Part shown: one piece after another, positions 1 through 8,062 of the stretch | Position numbering within the stretch: the first letter of the stretch is position 1 | Layout: every line of letters starts with the position of its first letter | Virus record (IMG/VR): IMGVR_UViG_3300012232_000016 | Location: 1 to 51,479 of that record | Length of the DNA stretch: 51,479 bases | Source: a virus | Lineage: Duplodnaviria; Caudoviricetes | Strand: one strand, 5' to 3' | Notes under the pieces: model-generated | The model's input: only the letters and a program-made list of their open reading frames with translations | What the model was told of the DNA's origin: nothing | Database searches by the model: none | Translations under genes and position numbers: made by a program

Positions 1-218
1 CAGATGTGCTCGTAGTCCCCTGCCCAAGCGACCAACTCCTCCGCGGTGAACTCGCCACCACCACGGAAACTATGGACCCGCTCGAAGTCCGTGTCACACC
101 CGACACAGACCTTCTTGCCGACGCTACAGCCCACGAACCGAATGAAGGCCATGGGTGTGCCCGCGTAGAGACCTTCGCCCTGCAGGCTCTTGAACTTCTC
201 GGAAACCTTGTAGATCAT
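1..218 (-). CDS. queE: 7-carboxy-7-deazaguanine synthase QueE, N-terminal part (runs off window start)
   Basis: Hand translation MIYKVSEKFKSLQGEGLYAGTPMAFIRFVGCSVGKKVCVGCDTDF...; SLQGEG, FIRFxGC and CDTD motifs; ATG overlaps the upstream TGA. Not in the ORF track. Confidence 0.92.
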   Translation of the reverse strand, partial: MIYKVSEKFKSLQGEGLYAGTPMAFIRFVGCSVGKKVCVGCDTDFERVHSFRGGGEFTAEELVAWAGDYEHI

Positions 219-472
219 TCGGACAACTCCATCTTGATGCTTCTGACACCCTTCTCATGTTCAATGAGCACGCCTATCCGGTCGCCGTCGGAACGGTCTA
301 CTTGGAAGAGTTTCAGGCGGACGTTGGGGCCGACCATATCTGCCAGCTTGCCCTCTGCCTCACGGAAACGTGCCTGATGTTGTTCAATCTCGTTCTGGAG
401 GTTCATTTCTTTGCGTGCAAGGTCCACAAGGATCAAGGACTCTTCCACCAAGGTCTTGGCATGCTCGTTCAT
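215..472 (-). CDS. hypothetical protein
   Basis: MNEHAK start; ATGA overlaps at both ends. Confidence 0.7.
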   Translation of the reverse strand: MNEHAKTLVEESLILVDLARKEMNLQNEIEQHQARFREAEGKLADMVGPNVRLKLFQVDRSDGDRIGVLIEHEKGVRSIKMELSE

Positions 473-627
473 TTCTTCTCCTGCTGATGCACTCGGAGCA
501 CCTCTTCTAGATCTCCTGCCAGACGACGCCCATGGCACTGTCTGCAGACAGCCTTAATCGGGCGCCCAGGTCGATTGCGATCAGGCACTTCTGCGGGATG
601 CTGCCGGCACAGGATGCAGAGCTTCAC
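469..627 (-). CDS. small CxxC-CxxC zinc-finger-like protein
   Basis: Hand translation (GTG)KLCILCRQHPAEVPDRNRPGRPIKAVCRQCH...; coupled to the next gene. Confidence 0.55.
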   Translation of the reverse strand: MKLCILCRQHPAEVPDRNRPGRPIKAVCRQCHGRRLAGDLEEVLRVHQQEKK

Positions 628-632
628 CTTTT

Positions 633-797
633 TCACCTAGGTTGCACCTGCTTCGCCAACCAGAAGAAGATCAGACTAATCCAGCACAGAGAAGCGCCTG
701 CCCAGACCGTCTTGAGATTGTTGCTCGCCACACCCATGACAGCACCCGTGCCCATGAGCAGGAGCCCGATGATGATGCAGGTGATGAAGAGCTTCAT
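633..797 (-). CDS. small two-TM membrane protein
   Basis: MKLFITCIIIGLLLMGTGAVMG...WAGASLCWISLIFFWLAKQVQPR; ATGA overlap with the KGG gene. Confidence 0.6.
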   Translation of the reverse strand: MKLFITCIIIGLLLMGTGAVMGVASNNLKTVWAGASLCWISLIFFWLAKQVQPR

Positions 798-988
798 GTC
801 TGCTCCTCCTCTACAGGTGCGGGTTGACGATGACTGGCCAGGCCGCCTTTGCGTCCAGCCTCACGTGCCTCCTTCTCGGTCCACTCATGCGCGGTGCCCT
901 TCGCATGCGCCGCCTTGCCACCTTTGCTGGCAATTGACCTCTGCTTGTCTCGGTCCATGGACGCGAAGCCGCGATCTGCTTTCGCCAT
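794..988 (-). CDS. KGG-repeat general stress protein (YciG/Con-10-like)
   Basis: RGFASMDRDKQRSIASKGG and EAREAGRKGG motifs. Confidence 0.88.
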   Translation of the reverse strand: MAKADRGFASMDRDKQRSIASKGGKAAHAKGTAHEWTEKEAREAGRKGGLASHRQPAPVEEEQT

Positions 989-992
989 ACAT

Positions 993-1481
993 TCACAGCC
1001 TTTCTGGGAAGCCGTATTCCTCCGATTTGGTGTTGAAGACTTCACGAATTGATGCCACGATCTCGTCACGGGTAGCACCCGCTCTGGCACACATGAGCAC
1101 GCCATAAATCACGGTATCAGCATATTCCTTGAGAACACCCTTGCGGTAGAGCACCACGAGTTCATCCTTGGGCTTGTCTACGCCGAACATCCGTTTGTCG
1201 TGATTGGTGATCTCTGTCTCTACCCGCTTCAGCTTTTTGGCGAAGTTGGCGGCTTCGCCAGCCTCACCGCACATGGCCCCTGCCCATTCAAGCGTGGACC
1301 AATCTGCTAAGGAATGCCATTTCTCTACACGGGAGAGATTCGCGTCGATGATCTCTCTGAAGGTCAGGTCAGAGAGAAGATCAAGAATCTTCTTGGGCAG
1401 AGGTGAGGCTGCACAAGGCCCGTCATGTCCTTGGTCTCTTGTGCAGATCCACCCAAGAGGTGGTTTATCACAGAAGGTCAT
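993..1481 (-). CDS. MazG-like all-alpha NTP pyrophosphohydrolase
   Basis: GEAGEAANFAKK and KEYADTVIY motifs, FNTKS tail; ATG 1481 overlaps the queD stop. Confidence 0.8.
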   Translation of the reverse strand: MTFCDKPPLGWICTRDQGHDGPCAASPLPKKILDLLSDLTFREIIDANLSRVEKWHSLADWSTLEWAGAMCGEAGEAANFAKKLKRVETEITNHDKRMFGVDKPKDELVVLYRKGVLKEYADTVIYGVLMCARAGATRDEIVASIREVFNTKSEEYGFPERL

Positions 1482-2107
1482 AGTGCAGGCAACTCCGTAC
1501 GGCGTTTGACATTGCCGCCATGACCTATGGAGGCGGCATACTTGTCCGTCTCGTAGACCTTGACTTCGACTATGATCCAAGACAGTTCACACATCTCATT
1601 GAAAATGAGTTCGGCGATGGCTTCTGTCGTGGGCTCCACGTTCAACAGGACCAGGCGCTGTGGCAGTGGCCTCAACACTCGCACGAAAGGATCATCCTCG
1701 AACAGGACCATCGCATGATCGAGCGGCTCGAGGAGTCTGCCCAGATCGCGGTCCACGGCCTTGAAGTCTGTGAATTTTGTTGTGTGCAACATGACCTCAA
1801 AGGTCACGTTGTGGCCGTGCATGCTAGAGCAGATGCCATCGTAGGTGGACAGTCGATGTCCCATAGAGATGGTGCGCCGGATGTGGAGGTTCGCCATCGC
1901 TGGCGTGTTTGTTCTAGGCTTTCTCAAGAGACCCTTTCGTCCAAGGGGTGCCTTCAATTCAGCCCTGCGTATTTTGTATTCATCAAGTTCCGCGGGCTTG
2001 GGGGCTCTTCCGAACATCGCGACCCACTTCTGTTGGAACTCTTTGACCGTCTTGCCGTGCTTCTCACGGAAGTCCTGCCAATCCTGTCGCTGGGCCCGAG
2101 TGCTCAT
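1478..2107 (-). CDS. queD: 6-carboxytetrahydropterin synthase QueD with basic N-terminal extension
   Basis: GHRL, C..MHGHN, LDHAM, PTTEAIA, VYET motifs; catalytic domain begins at MANLHI. Confidence 0.9.
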   Translation of the reverse strand: MSTRAQRQDWQDFREKHGKTVKEFQQKWVAMFGRAPKPAELDEYKIRRAELKAPLGRKGLLRKPRTNTPAMANLHIRRTISMGHRLSTYDGICSSMHGHNVTFEVMLHTTKFTDFKAVDRDLGRLLEPLDHAMVLFEDDPFVRVLRPLPQRLVLLNVEPTTEAIAELIFNEMCELSWIIVEVKVYETDKYAASIGHGGNVKRRTELPAL

Positions 2108-2298
2108 ACGTGTCTGCGCCTATTGACCAGGATACCGTAGGCCTGCGTGCGGGCCCTGTGATTCAGTAGCCCACTACTCTGCAATAGACGCCGTAGACGT
2201 GAAGATTCCCAGGTGCTCACATGTTCTGCTGAACCACTCATGCCATGCCCGGCACGCTGCACCAGCGCCAACTGGAGTAACAGCAGGAGCAGGGTCAT
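2104..2298 (-). CDS. hypothetical protein with hydrophobic N-terminus
   Basis: GGAGG RBS; ATGA overlaps at both ends. Confidence 0.5.
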   Translation of the reverse strand: MTLLLLLLQLALVQRAGHGMSGSAEHVSTWESSRLRRLLQSSGLLNHRARTQAYGILVNRRRHV

Positions 2299-2459
2299 GC
2301 TTCCTCCACCTCGTCAATGTCAAGGGCTTCGGCGTGAATGTTGCGGCGAAGTTCGTCAGCGAACTCGGTGATCTCACCCGCGTCCTCCTCTAGGAGCAGG
2401 CGGTTCCGTGCGTCGCTAACGTCGATGAGAATACGTGCTGTGATCTGGAGGGTAGGCAT
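2295..2459 (-). CDS. small acidic hypothetical protein
   Basis: MPTLQITARILIDVSDARNRLLLEEDAGE...DEVEEA; first ORF after the 2503-2531 promoter. Confidence 0.6.
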   Translation of the reverse strand: MPTLQITARILIDVSDARNRLLLEEDAGEITEFADELRRNIHAEALDIDEVEEA

Positions 2460-2502
2460 AAGGCCTCATACATTCACCGTATAGCTGTGCTGGAACGCGG
2501 AC

Positions 2503-2531
2503 ACAGTAACAGAAGGGTTATCCGAAGTCAA
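2503..2531 (-). promoter_or_regulatory. sigma70-type promoter for the queD/queE operon
   Basis: TTGACT-17 bp-TACTGT on the - strand. Confidence 0.65.
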
Positions 2532-2534
2532 TAG

Positions 2535-2580
2535 AAAAAACAACGGGCGGAAACACCTGAGATAGGTGCCCCGCCCGTGT
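2535..2580 (-). terminator. intrinsic terminator
   Basis: ACGGGCGG-GGCACCT/AGGTGTT-TCCGCCCGT stem followed by TGTTTTTT. Confidence 0.75.
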
Positions 2581-2602
2581 CTTCTGGGAGAGCCGGCCTC
2601 TG

Positions 2603-2938
2603 TTAGAGGCTGATGCCCGCCGCGGCGAGCGCATCGCGCTCCGCTTTGCGACCGGCTTCGCGCACGGCCTTCTTGACCGCCGGATCCGCCGTCTTGAGCG
2701 CCTTCGCGATGCCCGTCGCCTGGACCTTCACGGCCTTCTCGGCGAACTTGACGTCGATCGCTTCCACCGCCGACACGCCCTCGCTGGCCTCGACGCCAGG
2801 CACGCTGCCGATCTCGATCGCGTCCGGCGCCACCCCACCCGCGAACTGCGCGGCCGGCACGGCGATCGCCTGCTTGAACCCGTCTCGCACGTAATACGCG
2901 GTGCCATACTTGCTGGTCGACTTCAACGTGAACTTCAT
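2603..2938 (-). CDS. Ala/Lys-rich hypothetical protein, monocistronic
   Basis: MKFTLKSTSKYG start after AAAGGAG; own promoter and terminator. Confidence 0.75.
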   Translation of the reverse strand: MKFTLKSTSKYGTAYYVRDGFKQAIAVPAAQFAGGVAPDAIEIGSVPGVEASEGVSAVEAIDVKFAEKAVKVQATGIAKALKTADPAVKKAVREAGRKAERDALAAAGISL

Positions 2939-2984
2939 CTTCTCATCTCCTTTAGGTGCGGAATGCACCTGTGTCAATGGAGCA

Positions 2985-3013
2985 ACTATAGGAGTCCATG
3001 ATATTGAATGCAA
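2985..3013 (-). promoter_or_regulatory. sigma70-type promoter (leftward)
   Basis: TTGCAT-17 bp-TATAGT. Confidence 0.65.
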
Positions 3014-3056
3014 GGACAATCTTTGAGGGGTAAGATTATTTCGCGTAAAGATTGTC

Positions 3057-3085
3057 TTGACAACCACTTACCGTTCTGCTATAAC
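3057..3085 (+). promoter_or_regulatory. sigma70-type promoter for the primase-helicase
   Basis: TTGACA-17 bp-TATAAC with extended -10 TGn. Confidence 0.75.
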
Positions 3086-3237
3086 GTGCCGTTCACACAG
3101 TAACAGTCGGGTGAATGGCTCGGTGTGGCGGCGGCCACCGAACTCTGTTCCTGATCTGCTCATCCCAAATCAGGAAGCCGGGCCTCGTTTCCTACGGAGG
3201 ATGAGACCGTGATGCCTAGGATCTTGGCCGTGACCCG

Positions 3238-5400
3238 TTGAACGCCCGCGAAGCCGCCCAACAGTATATAGCGCGTGGTTGGCATGTGGTCCCCCTGGAA
3301 GTGAGGGGGAAGAAGTGCATCCATGATGATTGGCTCACACGCGCCTACACCCCGCAAGACTTCAGCCCGACTCAGAACATAGGGATCCAGCAAAAGGCGG
3401 GTCTCATAGACATCGACTGTGACTGCGATGAAGCCGTCTTCATGGCAGAGGCTTTCTTGCCCAAGACCAAAGCGATCTACGGGCGGGCAAGCCGGCGCCG
3501 CAGCCACTGGCTCATGCGGTGTGCCGAGGTCACGGATCCGATCGCCTACAAGGACCTGATCGCCAAGAAAACACTGATAGAGATCCGGGTGAAACACCAA
3601 AGCATGGCGCCGCCCTCAGAGCACCCGGACGGCGAGACGGTAGAGTGGGACGACCCGACGTTCCTGTCTACAGGCAACGTCGCATCCATGCTATCAGAAT
3701 TGACCGTGGAGAAGGCGCTCCTGGTGCGTTCCGTCCAACTCTGCGCGACAGGCGCGATGATCGCCCGTTACTACAACCCACCTGGTGCCAGACACGATTG
3801 GGGTGTGGCGCTAGCGGGGTTCCTGAAACGACTGAACATCACGCAGAGCGAGACGGAAAGACTCTTCGACCGTGCGGGCAAGCTGGCGCACGACGACAAG
3901 GTGAAGGATCGTTTCGACGCGATCCGCACCACCTATGCCGTCTCAGAAGACACCCCGACGACAGGCGGCAAACGCCTCGTAGAATTGATCGGCGAAAACG
4001 GGAAAGAGTTCGTGGCCACGATCCAGAAGATCTGGGGTGGTGAAGCAGGAGGCGTCAGCAAGAACCGCCTCGATGCTATGAACAAACGTCACGCCGTGCT
4101 CTTCAACCAAGCAGGCAACGTTATCATCATGACGGAAGAGCAAGAAGACGGGCATCTCCAGGTCAGGTATTCCAGTCGCTCGGAGTTCAATCTGCTCTAT
4201 CCACAGCTGATCCAGGTGGGCGCCACGGACAAAGGCAAAGCGATCATGAAACCTCTGGGTGAAGCCTGGGTCACCCATCCGAAGCGCAGGTTCTACCGCG
4301 GGATTGAGTTGGCGCCGAACGGCAAGTCGAATGAGGGCTACTACAACCTCTGGACAGGCTTTTCTGTGGAACCGAAGCAGGGAGACTGGTCCCTCTTCCG
4401 GCAGCACATTGACCTCCTGGCGAATGGCAATCCCGATCATGTGCAATACATTCTGACGTGGATGGCGGAGACTGTCCAAGATCCTGCCCACCCGATTGGC
4501 ATCGCACTCAGCTTCAAGGGTGGCCAGGGTGTGGGTAAGTCGACGTATGCGAAATGGTTCGGGGCGCTCTTCGGGCCTCATTTCCTACACCTGGACAGTG
4601 AACACCGTCTGCTTGGGCAGTTCAATGCCCATCTCCATCATACGATTGTGGTCTTCGCAGACGAAGCCGTATGGGCCGGGGGCAAGCAAGGCATTGGCGC
4701 CTTGAAGCGCATGATCACCGAGACGACGCTTGCGATAGAACGCAAGGGCATTGATGTGATCAACGTCAAGAACATGCTGCACATGATTGTGGCATCGAAC
4801 GAAGAATGGTTCGTGCCCGCGGACTTTGATAACAGGCGCTTCGCTGTGTTCAAGGTCAACCCGGCGCGTCAGAATCAACACAAGTTCTTCGGCGCGGTGG
4901 CGTCCCAACTCTTTGAACAAGGCGGCCTAGCCGCACTGCTCTATGACCTGCTCGCGTTCAAGAGCACGATCAATCTGCGCGAGATTCCTGAAACAGAGGA
5001 ATTGATCGAACAGAAGAAACACAGCATGACGGGGAAGAAGGCCTGGTGGTTTGAGCAGCTCCAGAGTGGGGCGCCCTGGATTGGGGCTGAGCCTCTGCCT
5101 GCAAATGGCGAGGGCGACATTCCGTATCAGATTGACCCAGATAACCTCTACTCTGCGTATGTGACGGCCATTCGGATTGGTGACACCCGAGCGAATCCGG
5201 GTTTCATGGGCTCTGTAGGGCGTTTCCTGCGAACTGTGCTACCCGAGGGGTTTCCTGAAATAATCCAAAGGGGTGGGAAGAGGTATTGGGTCCTGCCAAG
5301 TCTCGAGAAAAGCCGGAAGCATTTTGAGGAACTCCTGAAAGCTCGGGTGGCATGGCCCATCGATGTAGAGGCACCCACCGCGCCAGATATACCTTTTTAA
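3238..5400 (+). CDS. bifunctional Prim-Pol primase / SF3 (D5-like) helicase
   Basis: N-terminal RGWHVVPL, NIGI, IDID; C-terminal Walker A GGQGVGKS, Walker B VVFADE, IVASN, RRF; TTG start. Confidence 0.88.
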   Translation: MNAREAAQQYIARGWHVVPLEVRGKKCIHDDWLTRAYTPQDFSPTQNIGIQQKAGLIDIDCDCDEAVFMAEAFLPKTKAIYGRASRRRSHWLMRCAEVTDPIAYKDLIAKKTLIEIRVKHQSMAPPSEHPDGETVEWDDPTFLSTGNVASMLSELTVEKALLVRSVQLCATGAMIARYYNPPGARHDWGVALAGFLKRLNITQSETERLFDRAGKLAHDDKVKDRFDAIRTTYAVSEDTPTTGGKRLVELIGENGKEFVATIQKIWGGEAGGVSKNRLDAMNKRHAVLFNQAGNVIIMTEEQEDGHLQVRYSSRSEFNLLYPQLIQVGATDKGKAIMKPLGEAWVTHPKRRFYRGIELAPNGKSNEGYYNLWTGFSVEPKQGDWSLFRQHIDLLANGNPDHVQYILTWMAETVQDPAHPIGIALSFKGGQGVGKSTYAKWFGALFGPHFLHLDSEHRLLGQFNAHLHHTIVVFADEAVWAGGKQGIGALKRMITETTLAIERKGIDVINVKNMLHMIVASNEEWFVPADFDNRRFAVFKVNPARQNQHKFFGAVASQLFEQGGLAALLYDLLAFKSTINLREIPETEELIEQKKHSMTGKKAWWFEQLQSGAPWIGAEPLPANGEGDIPYQIDPDNLYSAYVTAIRIGDTRANPGFMGSVGRFLRTVLPEGFPEIIQRGGKRYWVLPSLEKSRKHFEELLKARVAWPIDVEAPTAPDIPF

Positions 5401-5404
5401 TGGT

Positions 5405-5655
5405 TTACTGGCTTAGTGGTTGTCTTACTGGCTGCGAGTTTTGCCAATGTTTATGCGAGGACAAGCCAGTAAAGCCAGTAAGCCTGTAATAATAGTATGT
5501 AGTAATGCTCGTAAACAGCCTATGCACGCAAGGCGCAGCGATTCAAAACCTTACTGGCTACTGGCTTTTCCGACGTGAGACCTCGAGTTAAACGACTGCA
5601 GAGCAGAGAGTTAGATGGCGAACCAGTAACAAAAGCGGGACTGGCTTTACTGGCT
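5405..5655. repeat. cluster of about 10 (T)TACTGGCT repeats in both orientations; putative replication origin
   Basis: + copies at 5405, 5425, 5551, 5559, 5640, 5647; - copies at 5464, 5473, 5481 (1 mismatch), 5622 (partial); AT-rich patch about 5487-5505. Confidence 0.75.
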
Positions 5656-5675
5656 TTGTGTGCAGAAATAACACA

Positions 5676-5705
5676 TTGACAAGTCTCAGCGCGGTATCGT
5701 AACGT
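5676..5705 (+). promoter_or_regulatory. putative promoter for the packaging/structural operon
   Basis: TTGACA-18 bp-TAACGT. Confidence 0.45.
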
Positions 5706-5716
5706 TCCGCGCATCC

Positions 5717-5914
5717 GTGCAGGCACAACGATTCAAGATCCCTGTCAGGGAAGAATGTGGGCAACGATACCGCCTGTTGTTGCCCCAAGAGGTGGCCTGG
5801 TTTCGTGAGTTGTCTCACGACGAGGCCATGGAATCGATTTTCCTGTCATTCATCAACCCGCTCGTGAGGGTCTTTCCTGACGGGCTGTGGATAAGAGACA
5901 ATGGAACCCATTGA
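5717..5914 (+). CDS. hypothetical protein
   Basis: Short ORF overlapping the terS start. Confidence 0.4.
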   Translation: MQAQRFKIPVREECGQRYRLLLPQEVAWFRELSHDEAMESIFLSFINPLVRVFPDGLWIRDNGTH

Positions 5915-6446
5915 AGAGAAGCTGACGCCTAGACAGATACTCTTCATTCAAGAGTATCTGATCGACCTGAACGGGACAAAGGCAGCAATCAGAGCGGGTT
6001 ACAGCGAAGACAGTGCGACCGTGATCGCTTCTGACTTGCTGAAACTGACCAAGGTCTCTCAACGGATCGCGACCGCAGTTGAACAACGAGCCACGCGAAT
6101 CGGAATGACCCAGGCTCAGGTCCTGCATGAGATGTCCTTGCTGGCGAACTCACGGCTTGATTGGTTCGTCGTCAACGATGAGGGTCAGGTCGAACTCACT
6201 GAAGCGGCGCCAGAAGGCGCGATGGGTTGTGTCGCCTCGATCAAGCGCAAGGTGAAGATCTTCCCCGGTAAGGGTGACACCCCTGGTCACAAGGAATACG
6301 ACGTCGAACTTAAGTTCTGGGACAAGCCGGCACCGCTCAAGCTCATGGGGCGTCATACTGGGCTATTCCCTGACAAGGTTGAGGTGTCGGGCCCTAACGG
6401 CAAGCCTATTGAGACTGTGACGCGCATCGAACGGGTGATCATCTGA
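5901..6446 (+). CDS. terS: terminase small subunit
   Basis: LTPRQILFIQEYLIDLNGTKAAIRAGYS signature; lies before terL. Confidence 0.92.
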   Translation: MEPIEEKLTPRQILFIQEYLIDLNGTKAAIRAGYSEDSATVIASDLLKLTKVSQRIATAVEQRATRIGMTQAQVLHEMSLLANSRLDWFVVNDEGQVELTEAAPEGAMGCVASIKRKVKIFPGKGDTPGHKEYDVELKFWDKPAPLKLMGRHTGLFPDKVEVSGPNGKPIETVTRIERVII

Positions 6447-7795
6447 GCACGCTCCAGATCCAGACGCCAAGGAAACTCCTGCCTCTGCTTGAGCCTCACA
6501 GATATAAGGGCTTGCACGGTGGGCGTGGTGGCATGAAGAGCCACTTCTTTGCAGAACTGCTCATTGAAACCTGCATGCTCCGCGAGATCAGAGCCGTCTG
6601 CATCCGTGAGATCATGCAGTCCCTCAAGGAGAGTGTCAAGCGTCTGCTGGAAGATAAGATTGAAGCCTTCGGCGTTGGCGACAAGTTCAACGTCTTGAAC
6701 ACCCACATCGAAGCACCACACGGTGGCATTATTATCTTTGTCGGCATGCAGAACCATACGGCACAGAGCATCAAGTCGCTGGAAGGGTATGATATCGCCT
6801 GGGTTGAAGAGGCTCAGTCCTTGAGTTCTACCTCTCTTGAGCTTCTGCGACCTACTATCCGAAAAGAGACCTGCCGTCACTGCCTCAAGATCAAGGGAAA
6901 AGAAGATGTGCCATGCCTAGAGGGCTTCACACATCTATGGGACCCCTCTGAGATCTGGTTCTCTTGGAACCCTGATCAACCTACAGACCCTGTAGACAAG
7001 ATGCTCAGGCAGGATCGCCCACCTGATTCTGTGGTGATCAAGACAGGGTGGGAAGACAATCCTTGGTTCCCTGATGTCCTCCGTCGGGAGATGGAGTGGG
7101 ATCGTCAGGTTGATTCAGAGAAGTATGAACATGTTTGGGGTGGTGAATACGAGAAGCATTCTGAAGCTAGGGTCTTCAAGAACTGGCGGGTGGAAGCCTT
7201 TGAAGCGCCTCATAACGCGGTGTTCAATCTAGGCGCCGATTGGGGCTTCTCTGTGGACCCGAGCACGTTGGTTCGCTGCTACGAGCAGCGGGTTGATCCG
7301 CTGACGGGTCAGGCGTGGGCACGTAAGCGTCTCTACATTGACTATGATACCTACGGTGTTGGTGTAGAGATAGACGACCTGAACAAGCTATTCGATGGTC
7401 TGCTCTGCGGGTGTCATCCGTTAGCACCTGGCGTCTGCAAGGAACCCAGACTTCATGGGTGGGCGAGGCCTTGGAACATTGTAGCAGATTCTGCTCGCCC
7501 AGAGACGATCAGCTATCTGCGTCGATACGGTTATGCAAACATCGAGCCTGCCAAGAAGGGTGCCAATTCCGTCAAGGAGGGGGTCATCTTCTTACAGGGC
7601 TACGACATCATCATTCATCCACGATGCACACATACGATTGACGAGTTCAAGAACTACTCTTACGTCAAGGACAAGCTGACGGGGAAGGTGATTCCGGTTC
7701 TCGAGGATAAGAAGAACCACATCATTGACCCGATTCGTTACTCTGTAGAACAGCTCCGTGGCGCTCTGCGGATCAGAGAGGCAGTTTGGGGATAG
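6443..7795 (+). CDS. terL: terminase large subunit (PBSX/SPP1-like); probable CTG start
   Basis: YKGLHGGRGGMKS Walker A, AWVEEAQ Walker B, WFSWNP, GADWGF, ADSARPE, NHIIDPIRY; frame open back to a stop at 6410. Confidence 0.93.
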   Translation: MSTLQIQTPRKLLPLLEPHRYKGLHGGRGGMKSHFFAELLIETCMLREIRAVCIREIMQSLKESVKRLLEDKIEAFGVGDKFNVLNTHIEAPHGGIIIFVGMQNHTAQSIKSLEGYDIAWVEEAQSLSSTSLELLRPTIRKETCRHCLKIKGKEDVPCLEGFTHLWDPSEIWFSWNPDQPTDPVDKMLRQDRPPDSVVIKTGWEDNPWFPDVLRREMEWDRQVDSEKYEHVWGGEYEKHSEARVFKNWRVEAFEAPHNAVFNLGADWGFSVDPSTLVRCYEQRVDPLTGQAWARKRLYIDYDTYGVGVEIDDLNKLFDGLLCGCHPLAPGVCKEPRLHGWARPWNIVADSARPETISYLRRYGYANIEPAKKGANSVKEGVIFLQGYDIIIHPRCTHTIDEFKNYSYVKDKLTGKVIPVLEDKKNHIIDPIRYSVEQLRGALRIREAVWG

Positions 7796-7803
7796 GAGAC
7801 CAG

Positions 7804-8061
7804 ATGAAGATTGATAAGGCTGTTGGCAAGACCGTCCGGGCACTGTTGGCGGCGAGGTCCGTGAAGAAGGTGGCCTGTGTGCTGAGTCCGCAGCTCGTGG
7901 TGACCGCCACGATGCGTGGCACGCCTACTCACAGGGACACGCGCTCAGACATCGCTCTGACGATTGGCAGACCCAATCATCAGATGAGACAGGTGATCAA
8001 GGTGGCGAAGGTCGCTGGTGAACCCTTCCCCATTAAGAGGCTCTACTTCAGATACAAGTGA
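7804..8061 (+). CDS. basic hypothetical protein
   Basis: AGGAG RBS; operon position. Confidence 0.65.
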   Translation: MKIDKAVGKTVRALLAARSVKKVACVLSPQLVVTATMRGTPTHRDTRSDIALTIGRPNHQMRQVIKVAKVAGEPFPIKRLYFRYK

Positions 8062-8062
8062 G

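Noticed and set aside
6866-6946. Intein in TerL
   Set aside because: About 25 aa, far too short, and no HN-C/S/T splice junction.
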